Of a DNA stretch of 29,855 nt, positions 18,300 to 27,931 are shown piece after piece. Position 1 is the stretch's first letter. Every line of letters starts with the position of its first letter. The position numbers and the translations under genes are program-made. The stretch covers positions 1-29,855 of the forward strand of contig JAYZQJ010000193.1 of the NCBI GenBank assembly GCA_036149055.1, read 5' to 3'. The notes beneath the pieces were generated by a model that saw only the letters and a list, made by a program, of their open reading frames with translations, made no database searches and had not been told where the DNA came from. The DNA is from Myxococcota bacterium (GTDB lineage: Bacteria > Myxococcota_A > Polyangia > Polyangiales > Sandaracinaceae).

Positions 18300-18664
18300 T
18301 CTTCGCGGTTCGCGGCGTCGGGGGTGAACGCGGGCATGCAGATCGCGAAGTACTCCGACTCCTGCGGGTACGGGTTGCCGTAGCGGACCCGCACCCCGGG
18401 CTCGACCCAGAAGGCCTGCCCGGCGAGGAGCTCGACGATCTCGCCCTCGTCGCCCACCTCGATCTGCATCCGGCCGCGGATCATCACCGTCAGCTCGCCG
18501 AACTCCGGGCGCTGCGCGGGCTCGCCCCACTGCGGCGGCGCCACCATGTGCGCGAGGCTGAAGCCCTCCGTGCCGGTGCTCACCCGGCCGAAGAGCTCCT
18601 CGATCAGCTTGTTGCCCGGCGCGGGGATGCGCACCGGCTTCTCCACCAGCTTCCAACCAGCCAT
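18296..18664 (-). CDS. Cupin-domain protein
   Basis: 122 aa. [29 protein letters not shown] and [17 protein letters not shown] follow the cupin two-motif pattern. Confidence 0.8.
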
Positions 18665-18729
18665 GCCTCCCGAGTACCAGCTCCCCGGGTTTCTGGCGAG
18701 GCGGGGCGGGCCCCTCTCATACTGGCGAC

Positions 18730-19662
18730 GTGGAGGATCCCCTCACGCAGCAGATCGCGCTCTTCGTGCGCTACCTCGAGACCGAGCGCCGCAGCTCCCC
18801 GCGCACCGTGGAGACCTACCGGCGCACCCTCGAGCAGCTGCGGGCCTGGGCGGCCGGCGAGGGCCTCCCGCTCGACGCCACTCGGCTGAGCACCGCGGCC
18901 CTGCGCGGCTTCCTCGCCTCGCTCTTCGACACCAACGCGAGCAGCACCCTCTCGAAGAAGATCGCGACCCTGCGCAGCTTCTATCGGTTCCTGGTGCGCC
19001 GGAAGGTCACCAAGCAGAACCCGGCCGCGGTCCTCCGCACGCCCAAGTCCAAGCGGACGCTCCCGCGCTTCCTGACGGTGGACGACGCCGTGCGGGTGGT
19101 GGAGGCGCCGGCCGAGGACGCGGCCCGGGATCCGCGGCTGGTGGCGCGCGACCGGGCGATGCTCGAGCTCCTCTACGGCTCGGGCCTCCGGGTGAGCGAG
19201 CTCGCCGGGCTCACCCTCGCGAGGGTCGAGCGCGGCCGCCGCACCCTCCGCGTGCTCGGCAAGGGCGGCAAGGAGCGGGTGGTCCCCTTCGGCGAGCCCG
19301 CCGCCGACGCGCTCGAGGGCTACCTCTCGATCCGCGACCAGCTCCGCGACCCGAAGAGCGGCGAGCAGCACCCCGAGGCGCTCTTCCTCGGCATCCGCGG
19401 CACCCGGCTCACCGCGCGACAGGTGCAGAACGTCGTGCATCGATACGGCGCCCTCGGCACCGGCCGCGGCGACCTGCACCCGCACGCCCTGCGGCACACC
19501 TGCGCGACCCACCTGCTCGACGCCGGGGCCGACCTCCGCTCGATCCAGGAGCTGCTCGGCCACGCGAGCCTCTCGACCACCCAGCGCTACACCCACGTCA
19601 CCGTGGACCGCCTGATGGAGGTCTACGACCGCGCCTTCCCCCTCGCCCACGACGAGGAGTGA
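18730..19662 (+). CDS. xerC: Tyrosine recombinase XerC
   Basis: [81 protein letters not shown] and TTQRYTH. Sits near trmFO and hslVU. Confidence 0.9.
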   Translation: MEDPLTQQIALFVRYLETERRSSPRTVETYRRTLEQLRAWAAGEGLPLDATRLSTAALRGFLASLFDTNASSTLSKKIATLRSFYRFLVRRKVTKQNPAAVLRTPKSKRTLPRFLTVDDAVRVVEAPAEDAARDPRLVARDRAMLELLYGSGLRVSELAGLTLARVERGRRTLRVLGKGGKERVVPFGEPAADALEGYLSIRDQLRDPKSGEQHPEALFLGIRGTRLTARQVQNVVHRYGALGTGRGDLHPHALRHTCATHLLDAGADLRSIQELLGHASLSTTQRYTHVTVDRLMEVYDRAFPLAHDEE

Positions 19663-19666
19663 CGCG

Positions 19667-20062
19667 CTACTCCCAGCCGGCGTCGGGCGGGGGCTCGTTG
19701 AAGACGCGCACGTCCTGGCCGGGGTTGTGGATCTCGATCCGCACCAGGCCGTCGTCGAGCTCGGCGGTCCAGCGGTAGTCCTCGTAGAGCGACTGCTCGA
19801 GGCGACGGAGCGCGATCGGGCGGGGCTCCTGGCCGCGGCGCAGCAGCACCCAGCGGTGCTCCTCGACGCCCTCCTCGCAGACCCGCGCGTCCTCGCGCAC
19901 CTCGACGCCGTCGGTGACCCGCCGCAGCTCGCGCTCCTCGTAAGGGCAGGTGGCCTCGTCGAAGGCCATCTCGCTCCGGACCATCAGCGCCATCGAGCCC
20001 AGCAGCACCACCGCGGGGGCGAGCGCGAGCACCACGAGCAGCGGCTTCTTCCAGCGCTTCAC
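19667..20062 (-). CDS. Hypothetical protein with N-terminal membrane anchor
   Basis: GTG 20062 overlaps the trmFO stop. [21 protein letters not shown] is followed by a small soluble domain with two Cys. Confidence 0.65.
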   Translation of the reverse strand: MKRWKKPLLVVLALAPAVVLLGSMALMVRSEMAFDEATCPYEERELRRVTDGVEVREDARVCEEGVEEHRWVLLRRGQEPRPIALRRLEQSLYEDYRWTAELDDGLVRIEIHNPGQDVRVFNEPPPDAGWE

Positions 20063-21435
20063 GCCAGCAGCCCGGAGCTCGGCGCGGCGGCGGCGTGGCC
20101 CTCGGCCTGGGCGCGCACCAGCCGCGCGCCGACGCGATCGATCCAGCCCTCGAGGGCGGCGAGCGACCGCTCGACCATCAGGTCGCGCCGCTCGCGCTTG
20201 CCGAGCTTCTTGCGCCCCTCGGGCGTCGGCACCGGCGGGAACATGCCCCAGATCACGTTCGACGGCGCGAAGGAGGGCTTCTCCTCGTCGCGGAGGTGGC
20301 GGACCAGCGCGCCGAGCGCGGTCTCCTCCGGCGGGTAGCCCTCGCCGGTCGCGAGCATCACCCCGAGCACCAGCCCGCAGGCGGCGCTCTCGACGTAGCC
20401 CTCCACCCCGCTGACCTGACCGGCGAGGTAGACCCCCGGCCTCGCCTTCAGCGAGAGGTCCTCGGCGAGGGCCCGCGGCGAGTCGACGTAGGTGTTGCGG
20501 TGCACGGTGCCGAGGCGCTCGAACTCCGCCTCCTCGAGGCCGGGGATCATGCGGAAGACCCGCTTCTGATCCGGCCACTTCATCCGGGTCTGGAAGCCGA
20601 CCAGGTTGTAGGCGGTCGCGTGCTTGTTCTCCTGCCGGAGCTGCACCACCGCGTGCGGCCAGCGGCCGGTCTTCGGGTCGGTCAGGCCCACCGGCTTCAT
20701 CGGCCCGAAGGCGAGCGTGCGCGGGCCGCGCTCCGCCATCACCTCGACCGGCAGGCAGCCCTCGAAGTAGCGGACCTCCTCGAAGCCGTGCGCCTCGACC
20801 TTCTCCGCGTCGACGATGGCCTGCACGAACGCCTCGTACTGCTCCTTGGTGAAGGGGCAGTTGACGTAGGCGTCGTCGCCGCCCTTGTCCCAGCGGCTCG
20901 CCTTGAAGACCTTGTCCCAGTCGATCGAGTCGGCGGCGACGACGGGCGCGATGGCGTCGTAGTAGGCGAGGTGATCGGCGCCGACCGCGTCGGCGATGTC
21001 CTTCGCGAGCGCGTCGCCGGTGAGCGGGCCGGTCGCGATCACCACCGGGCGCGCGTCCGGGATGCGCTCGACCACGCGGTGCTCGACGGTGATGCGGGGG
21101 TGGGCCTGGATCCGGCGGGTGACCTCGGCGCTGAACACGTCGCGGTCGACCGCGAAGGCGCCGCCGGCCGGCACCCGGGCCACCTCGCCCGCCGCCATGA
21201 CCAGCGAGCCGGCGCGGCGCATCTCCTCCTTCAGGAGGCCGACCGCGTTGTGCAGGGCGGCGCCGCGGAAGGAGTTGGAGCAGACGAGCTCGGCGAGCCC
21301 GTCGCCGCTCTGGGCGGCGGTGCGCTGGTGCGGCTTCTGCTCGACGATCGTGACCTCGACGCCACGCTCCGCGAGCTGCCAGGCGCACTCGGTGCCGGCG
21401 AGGCCCCCGCCCACGATGGTGACGCGTTCCTTCAT
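20059..21435 (-). CDS. trmFO: Folate/FAD-dependent tRNA (uracil-54-C5)-methyltransferase TrmFO (Gid)
   Basis: [57 protein letters not shown] and [10 protein letters not shown]. Confidence 0.96.
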   Translation of the reverse strand: MKERVTIVGGGLAGTECAWQLAERGVEVTIVEQKPHQRTAAQSGDGLAELVCSNSFRGAALHNAVGLLKEEMRRAGSLVMAAGEVARVPAGGAFAVDRDVFSAEVTRRIQAHPRITVEHRVVERIPDARPVVIATGPLTGDALAKDIADAVGADHLAYYDAIAPVVAADSIDWDKVFKASRWDKGGDDAYVNCPFTKEQYEAFVQAIVDAEKVEAHGFEEVRYFEGCLPVEVMAERGPRTLAFGPMKPVGLTDPKTGRWPHAVVQLRQENKHATAYNLVGFQTRMKWPDQKRVFRMIPGLEEAEFERLGTVHRNTYVDSPRALAEDLSLKARPGVYLAGQVSGVEGYVESAACGLVLGVMLATGEGYPPEETALGALVRHLRDEEKPSFAPSNVIWGMFPPVPTPEGRKKLGKRERRDLMVERSLAALEGWIDRVGARLVRAQAEGHAAAAPSSGLLA

Positions 21436-21459
21436 GCCCGAGGGGATAGCGCGCCGCTT

Positions 21460-22311
21460 TCACCCGCGCATGCACCAGCCGCCGCCCTCCGGTCGGGCGA
21501 GGCCCTTGGCCGCGAGCTGGACCAGCGCGACCTGCACCGCCGGAGCCCCCAGCCCGGTCGCCCGCGCGATGGCGTCGAGGTGCGCCGGGGTCGGCGAGAG
21601 CGCCTCGTAGACCGCGCCCAGCGCGCCCTCGAGCGGCGGCGGCGGGAGCGGCAGCGAGGCCTGGGCCGCGTCCCGACCGAGCGCCTCGAGCAGGTCGGCG
21701 GCGCCGAGGCAGGCCCGGGCCGCGCCTTTGGCCAACAGGCGCGTGCTGCCCTCGGCGCGCAGATCCCACGGCGCGGCCGGCACCGCGAAGAGGGGCCGCC
21801 CCAGCTTCCCGGCGTGGCGCGCGGTGCTGAGGCTGCCGGAGCGGGCCGGGGCCTGCACCACGAGCACGAGGTCGGCGAGCGCGGCCACCAGCCGGTTGCG
21901 CGCGAGGAAGCGGGACTTGTAGGGCGGCTCGCCGGGCGGGGTCTCGCTCAGCCAGCCGCCGCCGGCCTCGAGCACGCGGTCGAAGAGCGGGCGGTTGCGC
22001 ACCGGGTACGGCGCGTCGAGCCCGGCCGCCTGCACGACCCAGGTGCCGCCCTCCCCCTCGAGCGCGCCCTCGTGGGCCGCCGCGTCGATCCCCTCCGCGC
22101 CGCCGCTGAGGATCCCGACCCCGGCCCGGGCGAGCTCCCGCGCCACCGTCCGGGTGAAGCGCGCCGCCTCCCGGTGGGCGCGGCGAGTGCCGACGATGGC
22201 GACGAGCGGCACCGCGGGGAGCGAGCCGCGCGCCCAGAGGGCCTTCGGCGGGGAGTCGAGGTCGGCGAGGCGGGGGAGCGCGTCGGGCGAGACGGTTCGG
22301 GGCGCGTTCAT
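21460..22311 (-). CDS. dprA: DNA-processing protein DprA (Smf)
   Basis: [52 protein letters not shown] and a C-terminal winged-helix-like segment. ATG at 22311. Confidence 0.92.
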   Translation of the reverse strand: MNAPRTVSPDALPRLADLDSPPKALWARGSLPAVPLVAIVGTRRAHREAARFTRTVARELARAGVGILSGGAEGIDAAAHEGALEGEGGTWVVQAAGLDAPYPVRNRPLFDRVLEAGGGWLSETPPGEPPYKSRFLARNRLVAALADLVLVVQAPARSGSLSTARHAGKLGRPLFAVPAAPWDLRAEGSTRLLAKGAARACLGAADLLEALGRDAAQASLPLPPPPLEGALGAVYEALSPTPAHLDAIARATGLGAPAVQVALVQLAAKGLARPEGGGWCMRG

Positions 22312-22377
22312 GCCGCGCTCATCGCCGCCGACCCGCCGGGGTTTCGTGGGCCGTCCCGAGTGCGCTATCCCCTCCGG

Positions 22378-23706
22378 ATGGCGACGCTCGAGGCGAACTT
22401 CGATGGGCTGGTGGGGCCGACCCACAACTACGCGGGGCTGAGCTACGGCAACGTGGCGAGCACCTCCCACGCCGGCGCGGTCGCGTCTCCGAAGAAGGCG
22501 GCGCTGCAGGGGCTGGCGAAGATGAAGGCGCTCGCCGCGCTCGGCCTCCCGCAGGGCGTGCTGCCGCCTCAGGAGCGGCCCGACGTGCGCCTCCTGCATC
22601 GCCTGGGCTTCCGCGGGACCGACGCGGAGATGATCGAGAAGGCGGCGAAGAGCGACCCGACCCTGCTGGCGATCGCGAGCAGCGCGTCGGCGATGTGGAC
22701 GGCCAACGCGGCCACCGTCGCGCCGAGCCTCGACACCGAAGACGGCAAGGTTCATTTCACGCCCGCCAACCTCATCGAGAAGGTGCACCGCGCGATCGAG
22801 CCGGAGACGACGCGGCGGGTGCTCCGGGCGATCTTCGCCGGTCCGCGCTTCGTGGTGCACGACCCGCTCCCGGCGGCGTCCAGCCTCGGCGACGAAGGAG
22901 CGGCGAACCACACCCGGCTCGGCCCCGAGGTGGGCGCGCCGGGCGTGCACCTCTTCGTCTACGGGCGCGAGGGGCTGCGCGGCGATCGGCCCGCGCCCAC
23001 CCGGTTCCCGGCCCGGCAGACCCTGGAGGCGAGCCGCGCGGTCGCCCGCCTGCATCGCCTGCCCGAGGGTCGGGCCGTCTTCGCCCAGCAGTCGCCGGCG
23101 GTGATCGATCAGGGCGTCTTCCACAACGACGTGATCGCGGTCGGGCACGAGCGGGTGCTGTTCTTTCACGAGGAGGCGTTCCTCGACGAGGCGGCGCTGC
23201 TCGAGACGCTCGAGCGGAGCGTCGAGGGTTTCACCCCGGTGCGAGTGGCCGCCGCCGACGTGCCGGTCGCCGACGCGGTGCGCTCCTACCTCTTCAACTC
23301 GCAGCTGCTCCGGCCGCCGGGCTGGGACGCGATGCTGCTCGTCGCGCCCGAGGAGTGCCGGGAGACGCCCACCGTGAAGGCCTGGATCGACGCGCACGTG
23401 GGCGACGGCCGGCCGATCCGCGAGGCGCGCTTCTTCGACCTGCGCGAGAGCATGCAGAACGGCGGCGGCCCGGCGTGCCTGCGGCTGCGGGTCGCGCTCA
23501 CCGACGAGGAGCGGGCCGCGGTATCGCCCTGGATCGACGACGTGCACGACGCCCTCGTGCGCTGGGTAGAGACCCACTACCGCGAGCGGCTCAGCGCCGA
23601 CGACCTCGCCGATCCGCGGCTGCTCGACGAGAGCCGGGCCGCGCTCGACGCGCTGACCGGGATCCTCGGGATCGGGAGCGTCTACCCGTTCCAGCAGAAT
23701 CGTTGA
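22378..23706 (+). CDS. astB: N-succinylarginine dihydrolase
   Basis: [60 protein letters not shown] and [19 protein letters not shown] at 22378. Confidence 0.95.
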   Translation: MATLEANFDGLVGPTHNYAGLSYGNVASTSHAGAVASPKKAALQGLAKMKALAALGLPQGVLPPQERPDVRLLHRLGFRGTDAEMIEKAAKSDPTLLAIASSASAMWTANAATVAPSLDTEDGKVHFTPANLIEKVHRAIEPETTRRVLRAIFAGPRFVVHDPLPAASSLGDEGAANHTRLGPEVGAPGVHLFVYGREGLRGDRPAPTRFPARQTLEASRAVARLHRLPEGRAVFAQQSPAVIDQGVFHNDVIAVGHERVLFFHEEAFLDEAALLETLERSVEGFTPVRVAAADVPVADAVRSYLFNSQLLRPPGWDAMLLVAPEECRETPTVKAWIDAHVGDGRPIREARFFDLRESMQNGGGPACLRLRVALTDEERAAVSPWIDDVHDALVRWVETHYRERLSADDLADPRLLDESRAALDALTGILGIGSVYPFQQNR

Positions 23707-23737
23707 CCCGCGCCGGCCCCGCTGATCCCATGCCCAC

Positions 23738-24289
23738 GTGCACCTCGACTGGCAGACGCTCGCGCTGATCGGCCTGGGCGCCCTCGCGCTCGTGCAGTCG
23801 GCGCGGCTCTGGTGGGTGCGCGCGGGGGATCGGAGGCGGCGCGTCTGGCGAGCGCGCCGCGCGCAGGCCGGCGAGCGCGACGCCGAGCGGCTGCTGCGCC
23901 GGCTCGGTTACCGGATCGTCGAGCGTCAGGTCGCGGCGGAGCTCGTCTACCACCTCGACGGCGAGCCCCAGGCCTTCGCGCTCCGCGCCGATCTGCTGGT
24001 GAGCCGGGGCGGCGAGCGCTTCCTGGTCGAGGTGAAGACCGGCGACCGCGAGCCCAGCCTGCGCTCCTCGGCCACCCGCCGGCAGCTCCTCGAGTACGCC
24101 CACGCCTTCGACGTGGACGGCCTGCTGCTCTTCGACGCCGAGCGCAGCGCGCTCCACGAGGTGCGCACCCCGGCTCGCGTCGGCGCCCGCGCCGGCCGCG
24201 CCAGCCGCACCGGCGCCTGGACGTGGGCCCTGGCCGCCGCGCTGCTCGGCGCCGCGATCTGGGCCGCGATCTGGGCCGCGTCCCGCTGA
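23738..24289 (+). CDS. Membrane-anchored PD-(D/E)XK nuclease-fold protein (YraN/UPF0102-like)
   Basis: N-terminal TM helix, then GERDAERLLRRLGYRIVERQ, ADLLV and FLVEVKTG, then a C-terminal hydrophobic helix. Confidence 0.72.
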   Translation: MHLDWQTLALIGLGALALVQSARLWWVRAGDRRRRVWRARRAQAGERDAERLLRRLGYRIVERQVAAELVYHLDGEPQAFALRADLLVSRGGERFLVEVKTGDREPSLRSSATRRQLLEYAHAFDVDGLLLFDAERSALHEVRTPARVGARAGRASRTGAWTWALAAALLGAAIWAAIWAASR

Positions 24290-24291
24290 CC

Positions 24292-25098
24292 CTAGGCGCA
24301 GCGGCCGTAGGTCGTGGTGCCGACGGTGAGCTCGAAGACGCAGGTCTCGCCGCTGCCGCAGTCGGCGTCGGTGCGGCACCAGGCGGTGCAGCGGCGCGGG
24401 CCGGCGGCGGAGCGGCAGCTGTTGCCGCCCTCGCAGTCGAGCTCGTTGCCGCAGACGTCCCCGGTGGCGGCGGCGCCGGCGGGGCGGCAGTTGATGAAGT
24501 AGTCGCCGCTGCCGGGCGCGGTCTGGACGATGGTGCAGCCGGCCCCCGACGGGCAGCCGGTGTTCGCCACCGGGTCGCAGGCGGTGGTGCAGGCGCGGGC
24601 CACGCCGAAGTCGATGAGGCAGCGCGAGCCCTCGCCGCCGACGCAGTCGGTGTCGTCGGCGCAGAAGCGCAGGCAGACGTCGTAGTCGGGGCCCTCGCCG
24701 CAGACGAAGCCCGGCTGGCAGGCGTCGACGCTGCAGTCCGCGCCCTCCCCGCCCGGGCCGCTCGGCTCGCACACCCGCTCGGAGGCGTCGTTCAGCGTGC
24801 AGCCCTCCCCCGCCGCGCACCCGCACTGCGGCGAGACGAGGCGGCACGGGCTGTCCTCGCAGACGCCCGCGTCGGTCGGGCCGGCGTCCTCGGGTCCGCC
24901 GTCGAGCCCCGCGTCGCTCCCCGTCTCGCCCCCGGCGTCGCGCCCCGCGTCCTCGTCGCCGCCGCCGGCGTCGTCCTCGCCCGCGCCCGAGTCCATCGCG
25001 GCGTCACGGATCACGCCGGCGTCGGTCGCCGGGTCGGAGTCACACCCGGCGAGCCCGAGGCCGAGGGAGAGGAGGAGGAGGGCACCGTGCTTCGTCAT
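24292..25098 (-). CDS. Cys-rich lipoprotein
   Basis: Lipobox LGLAG-C, an acidic DAG-repeat linker and ~26 Cys in repeated modules (FCADDTDC, WCRTDADC, CDPVANTGC). Confidence 0.8.
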   Translation of the reverse strand: MTKHGALLLLSLGLGLAGCDSDPATDAGVIRDAAMDSGAGEDDAGGGDEDAGRDAGGETGSDAGLDGGPEDAGPTDAGVCEDSPCRLVSPQCGCAAGEGCTLNDASERVCEPSGPGGEGADCSVDACQPGFVCGEGPDYDVCLRFCADDTDCVGGEGSRCLIDFGVARACTTACDPVANTGCPSGAGCTIVQTAPGSGDYFINCRPAGAAATGDVCGNELDCEGGNSCRSAAGPRRCTAWCRTDADCGSGETCVFELTVGTTTYGRCA

Positions 25099-25112
25099 CG
25101 ACGCCGTCTACC

Positions 25113-26057
25113 TCATTCGGCGAGCCCCATCCAGCGGTGCGCGAGCGCCTCCAGGGTCCGGGCGGCGCCCGGCGGTCGGCGCTCGAGCAGCCACCGGAGC
25201 GGCGCGAAGCGGTGGAGGAGCAGGTAGCGCATCAGCCGGAGCGCCAGCGCCGCGCCCCGCGGGCCCTCCCAGCCGTAGCCGTCGAGGAAGGCGCCGAGCG
25301 CCAAGCCGTCCCCGCGGGTCACGAAGAACGCGATCGCCGCGAGGTCGTACTCGGCGTCGCCGGGCATCGCGTCCACGAAGTCGATGAAGCCGCGAAAGAC
25401 GACCGCGCCCTCCGCCAGCTCCGCCAGCGCGTGCCCCGGCCCGAGCTCGGTGTGGAGCAGGACCGGGGCCGCGTCTCCGCGGGGGACCCTGCGCACGAAG
25501 CCGTCGAGCTGCGCCGCCCACGCCTCGGGCGCGCCCCGGTCGCGCTCGATCCGGGCGACGTCGCGCGCCTGGCCGGCGAGGAAGGCGTCGAAGTCGCGGA
25601 CGGCGTAGGGCAGCGCCGGCGGCGGGAGCGCGTGGAGCGCGCGGACCCGGGCGCCGAGTTGGCGCAGCGCCGCGAGGCGGGGCGGCTCGCCGAGCGCCGG
25701 GAGCAGGCTCTCGATCGGCGCCCCGGGCACCCGGGACATCGCGAGGTAGCGCCAGTCGCCGAGCGTGCCCTCCCCGAGGATCGCGGGCGCGTCCTCCACC
25801 ACGCCGAGCAGCCCGCGCTCGACCTCCCAGTCCGAGCAGCCCTCCCCGGCCTCCGGGCGCCACACGCGATCCGGCGCGTAGAGCTTCACCGCGGCCTCGT
25901 CGAAGAGGAACACCGGCAGCGACCCGCAGGCGGCTGGCCTCGGCGCTCCGGCGAGCCCGTGACGCGCGGCGACGGCTGCGAGCGCGGGGCGCCACGCCTC
26001 GAGGTCGGCGCGCAGGGCGCCGAGGCTCGATGGCTCGGCGGGCAGCGCGGGGATCAT
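25113..26057 (-). CDS. Aminoglycoside phosphotransferase/choline kinase-family phosphotransferase
   Basis: AVKLY, WRYLAMSRVPG, Brenner-like LLHTELGPGH, GFIDFVDA and EYDLA. ATG 26057 overlaps the alkB-like stop. Confidence 0.78.
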   Translation of the reverse strand: MIPALPAEPSSLGALRADLEAWRPALAAVAARHGLAGAPRPAACGSLPVFLFDEAAVKLYAPDRVWRPEAGEGCSDWEVERGLLGVVEDAPAILGEGTLGDWRYLAMSRVPGAPIESLLPALGEPPRLAALRQLGARVRALHALPPPALPYAVRDFDAFLAGQARDVARIERDRGAPEAWAAQLDGFVRRVPRGDAAPVLLHTELGPGHALAELAEGAVVFRGFIDFVDAMPGDAEYDLAAIAFFVTRGDGLALGAFLDGYGWEGPRGAALALRLMRYLLLHRFAPLRWLLERRPPGAARTLEALAHRWMGLAE

Positions 26058-26575
26058 CGGAAGGCGCGCCAGGTGAGGCTGATGCGCGGCCCGGCGTGCC
26101 GCTGACGCTTGATGGCGTGCACCCACTCGTCCTGCACCGCGTGCTCCATGTGCAGGAGCGATCCGGGGGCCAGCTCCTGCGCCCACCGGACCTCGACGTC
26201 GTCCTGCCGGCGGAAGGTGATCTTGCGCGGGGCGCCGAGCGAGACGATGGCCACGCCGGTCCCCGGCCGCAGGTCCTCGGTCTCGTCGCGGTGGAAGCCC
26301 ATCTTGCTCCGCCCGTCGAGGTAGTAGTTGAGCAGGCAATTGTCGTAGCGGACGCCGAGGACGGCCTCGAGCCGCTCGACCACCGGGACGAGCGCCGGGA
26401 ACATCGGCGCCTCCGGGTAGACCATCTGCCGGTAGTTGTAGGGCCGGCCGAACGACGCGGTGAGCCGCGCCGCCATGGTCCGGTCCCAGTCGACGCCGTC
26501 GCGCAGCGCCTCGAAGAGCGCGGCGTGATCCTCGAGGAAGGCCGGCTCGTAGCGGACGTCGGGCTGCATGCTCAC
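26054..26575 (-). CDS. AlkB-family 2-oxoglutarate/Fe(II) dioxygenase
   Basis: NCLLNYYLDG, MGFHRD (HxD), IVSLGAPR, WVHAI (distal His) and RISLTWR. GTG 26575 overlaps the gloB stop; alternative start ATG 26569. Confidence 0.88.
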   Translation of the reverse strand: MSMQPDVRYEPAFLEDHAALFEALRDGVDWDRTMAARLTASFGRPYNYRQMVYPEAPMFPALVPVVERLEAVLGVRYDNCLLNYYLDGRSKMGFHRDETEDLRPGTGVAIVSLGAPRKITFRRQDDVEVRWAQELAPGSLLHMEHAVQDEWVHAIKRQRHAGPRISLTWRAFR

Positions 26576-27363
26576 CAGGAGTTGCGCAGCTCGCGGAGCT
26601 TGAGGAACACGGTCTTCGCGTCGGGCGACTCGGGCAGGTCGTCGAACGCCTCGCGCAGCCGCGCGATCACGCTCGGGCTCCGGAGCCGGAAGAAGGTGTT
26701 GATCTCCTTCTCGAGGCCGATCGTCGAGACGAGCGCCTCGTGCGGGTCCTGCCCCTTCACCTCGCCGAGCAGCGTCTGCGCGCGCGCGTTGTCGGGCTCG
26801 CGGTCGAGGGTGAAGCCGAGGTTGTTCGCGATGTAGTCGTGGCCCGGGTAGACCCGCGTCTCGTCGGGCAGCTTCGCGAGTTGCTCGGCGAAGGTCGCGT
26901 AGAGCTGCTCGGGGTGGCCGCCGTTGTGGCAGTTGCCGGCGCCGGCGTTGAACAGCGTGTCGCCGCAGAAGAGCGCCGGCGTGTCGGTCTTCGAGAGCAG
27001 GCAGACGTGGCTCATCGTGTGCCCCGGGGTGTCGAGGGCCAAGAGCTCCACCGTCTTGCCGACCTTCACCACGTCGCCCCCGCCGAGCCCCACGTCGAGC
27101 TCTCGGATGCGGTCCTTGGCGTTCGCGTGCGCGAGCACCTTCGCGCCGGTCGCCTTCACCATCGCCGCGTTGCCCCCGGTGTGGTCGGGGTGCTCGTGGG
27201 TGTTGAGGATCTGGGTGATCGTCCAGCCGCGATCCTTCGCCCGCCCCAGGCACTTCACGTGGTCCAGCGGATCGACCGCGAGCGCCTCGCCCGTCTCGGG
27301 GCAGGCGATGAGGTAGTTGAAGTTCCGCCAGGGGTTCTCGGTCCAGATCTGCTCGACGATCAT
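26572..27363 (-). CDS. gloB: Hydroxyacylglutathione hydrolase (glyoxalase II, metallo-beta-lactamase fold)
   Basis: NFNYLI, ILNTHEHPDHTGG, TPGHT, LFCGDTLF..GAG, VYPGHDY, STIGLEK.IN.F and LRELRNSW. ATG at 27363. Confidence 0.88.
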   Translation of the reverse strand: MIVEQIWTENPWRNFNYLIACPETGEALAVDPLDHVKCLGRAKDRGWTITQILNTHEHPDHTGGNAAMVKATGAKVLAHANAKDRIRELDVGLGGGDVVKVGKTVELLALDTPGHTMSHVCLLSKTDTPALFCGDTLFNAGAGNCHNGGHPEQLYATFAEQLAKLPDETRVYPGHDYIANNLGFTLDREPDNARAQTLLGEVKGQDPHEALVSTIGLEKEINTFFRLRSPSVIARLREAFDDLPESPDAKTVFLKLRELRNSW

Positions 27364-27400
27364 GGCTCGACCGTAGCGCGGCCGGGGCCTAGCGTCCTCC

Positions 27401-27895
27401 GTGATGAACGACGTCCAGATCATCGACGGCGCGCTCTTCGACGAGGTGCTCGCCGAGGCGGAGACGAGCCCGCGGCGCCGGAAGAACCGGAACTTCCACG
27501 CCGGGCCGGAGGACAACCCGCACCGCTTCCTCAACGTGATGATGCGCGACACCTACGTGCCGCCGCACCGCCACGTGACGCCGCCGAAGCCCGAGGCGTT
27601 CCTGGTGCTGCGCGGCAACGCGACCGTGATCGTGTGGACGGAGGACGGGAAGGTGCGCGAGCGGCATCGGCTCGGCGACGGCGCCCCGGTGGGCATCGAC
27701 CTCGCGCCCGGGCTCTGGCACTCGGTGCTCGTCGAGAGCGACCACGCGGTGATCTACGAGGTGAAGCCGGGGCCGTGGGAGCCCTCCACGGACAAGGACT
27801 TCGCGTCGTGGGCGCCGCGGGAGGGCGAGCCCGGGGTCGCGGCCTTCATGGAGCGGCTCCGGCGCGGAGATGCCGACTTTTCCGATGCGGAGTAA
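27401..27895 (+). CDS. WbuC-family cupin-fold metalloprotein
   Basis: AETSPRRRKNRNFH, YVPPHRH, E.FLVLRG, WHS, YEVKPGP and FASWAP.E. Confidence 0.85.
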   Translation: MMNDVQIIDGALFDEVLAEAETSPRRRKNRNFHAGPEDNPHRFLNVMMRDTYVPPHRHVTPPKPEAFLVLRGNATVIVWTEDGKVRERHRLGDGAPVGIDLAPGLWHSVLVESDHAVIYEVKPGPWEPSTDKDFASWAPREGEPGVAAFMERLRRGDADFSDAE

Positions 27896-27931
27896 GCTCT
27901 TTCTCTTTCTGACCCCACATCTGGAAGCGTC

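Noticed and set aside
18730..19662. Tyrosine recombinase as the integrase of a genomic island carrying the FAS-like cluster
   Set aside because: Length, motifs and proximity to trmFO/hslVU fit chromosomal XerC. I saw no att-like direct repeats, tRNA target or compositional shift.
20095..23706. 1203-aa ORF as a large AstB fusion (likewise the extended argB, GGDEF, dprA, KR, DH, esterase, alkB and gloB ORFs)
   Set aside because: The N-terminal extensions overlap other genes and are stop-free by chance. Family-typical starts lie downstream, often at stop-start overlaps.
27894..27931. Terminator or attenuator upstream of DAHP synthase (pyrimidine tract CTCTTTCTCTTTCT)
   Set aside because: There is no convincing preceding stem-loop or leader peptide, and the gap is only 36 bp.
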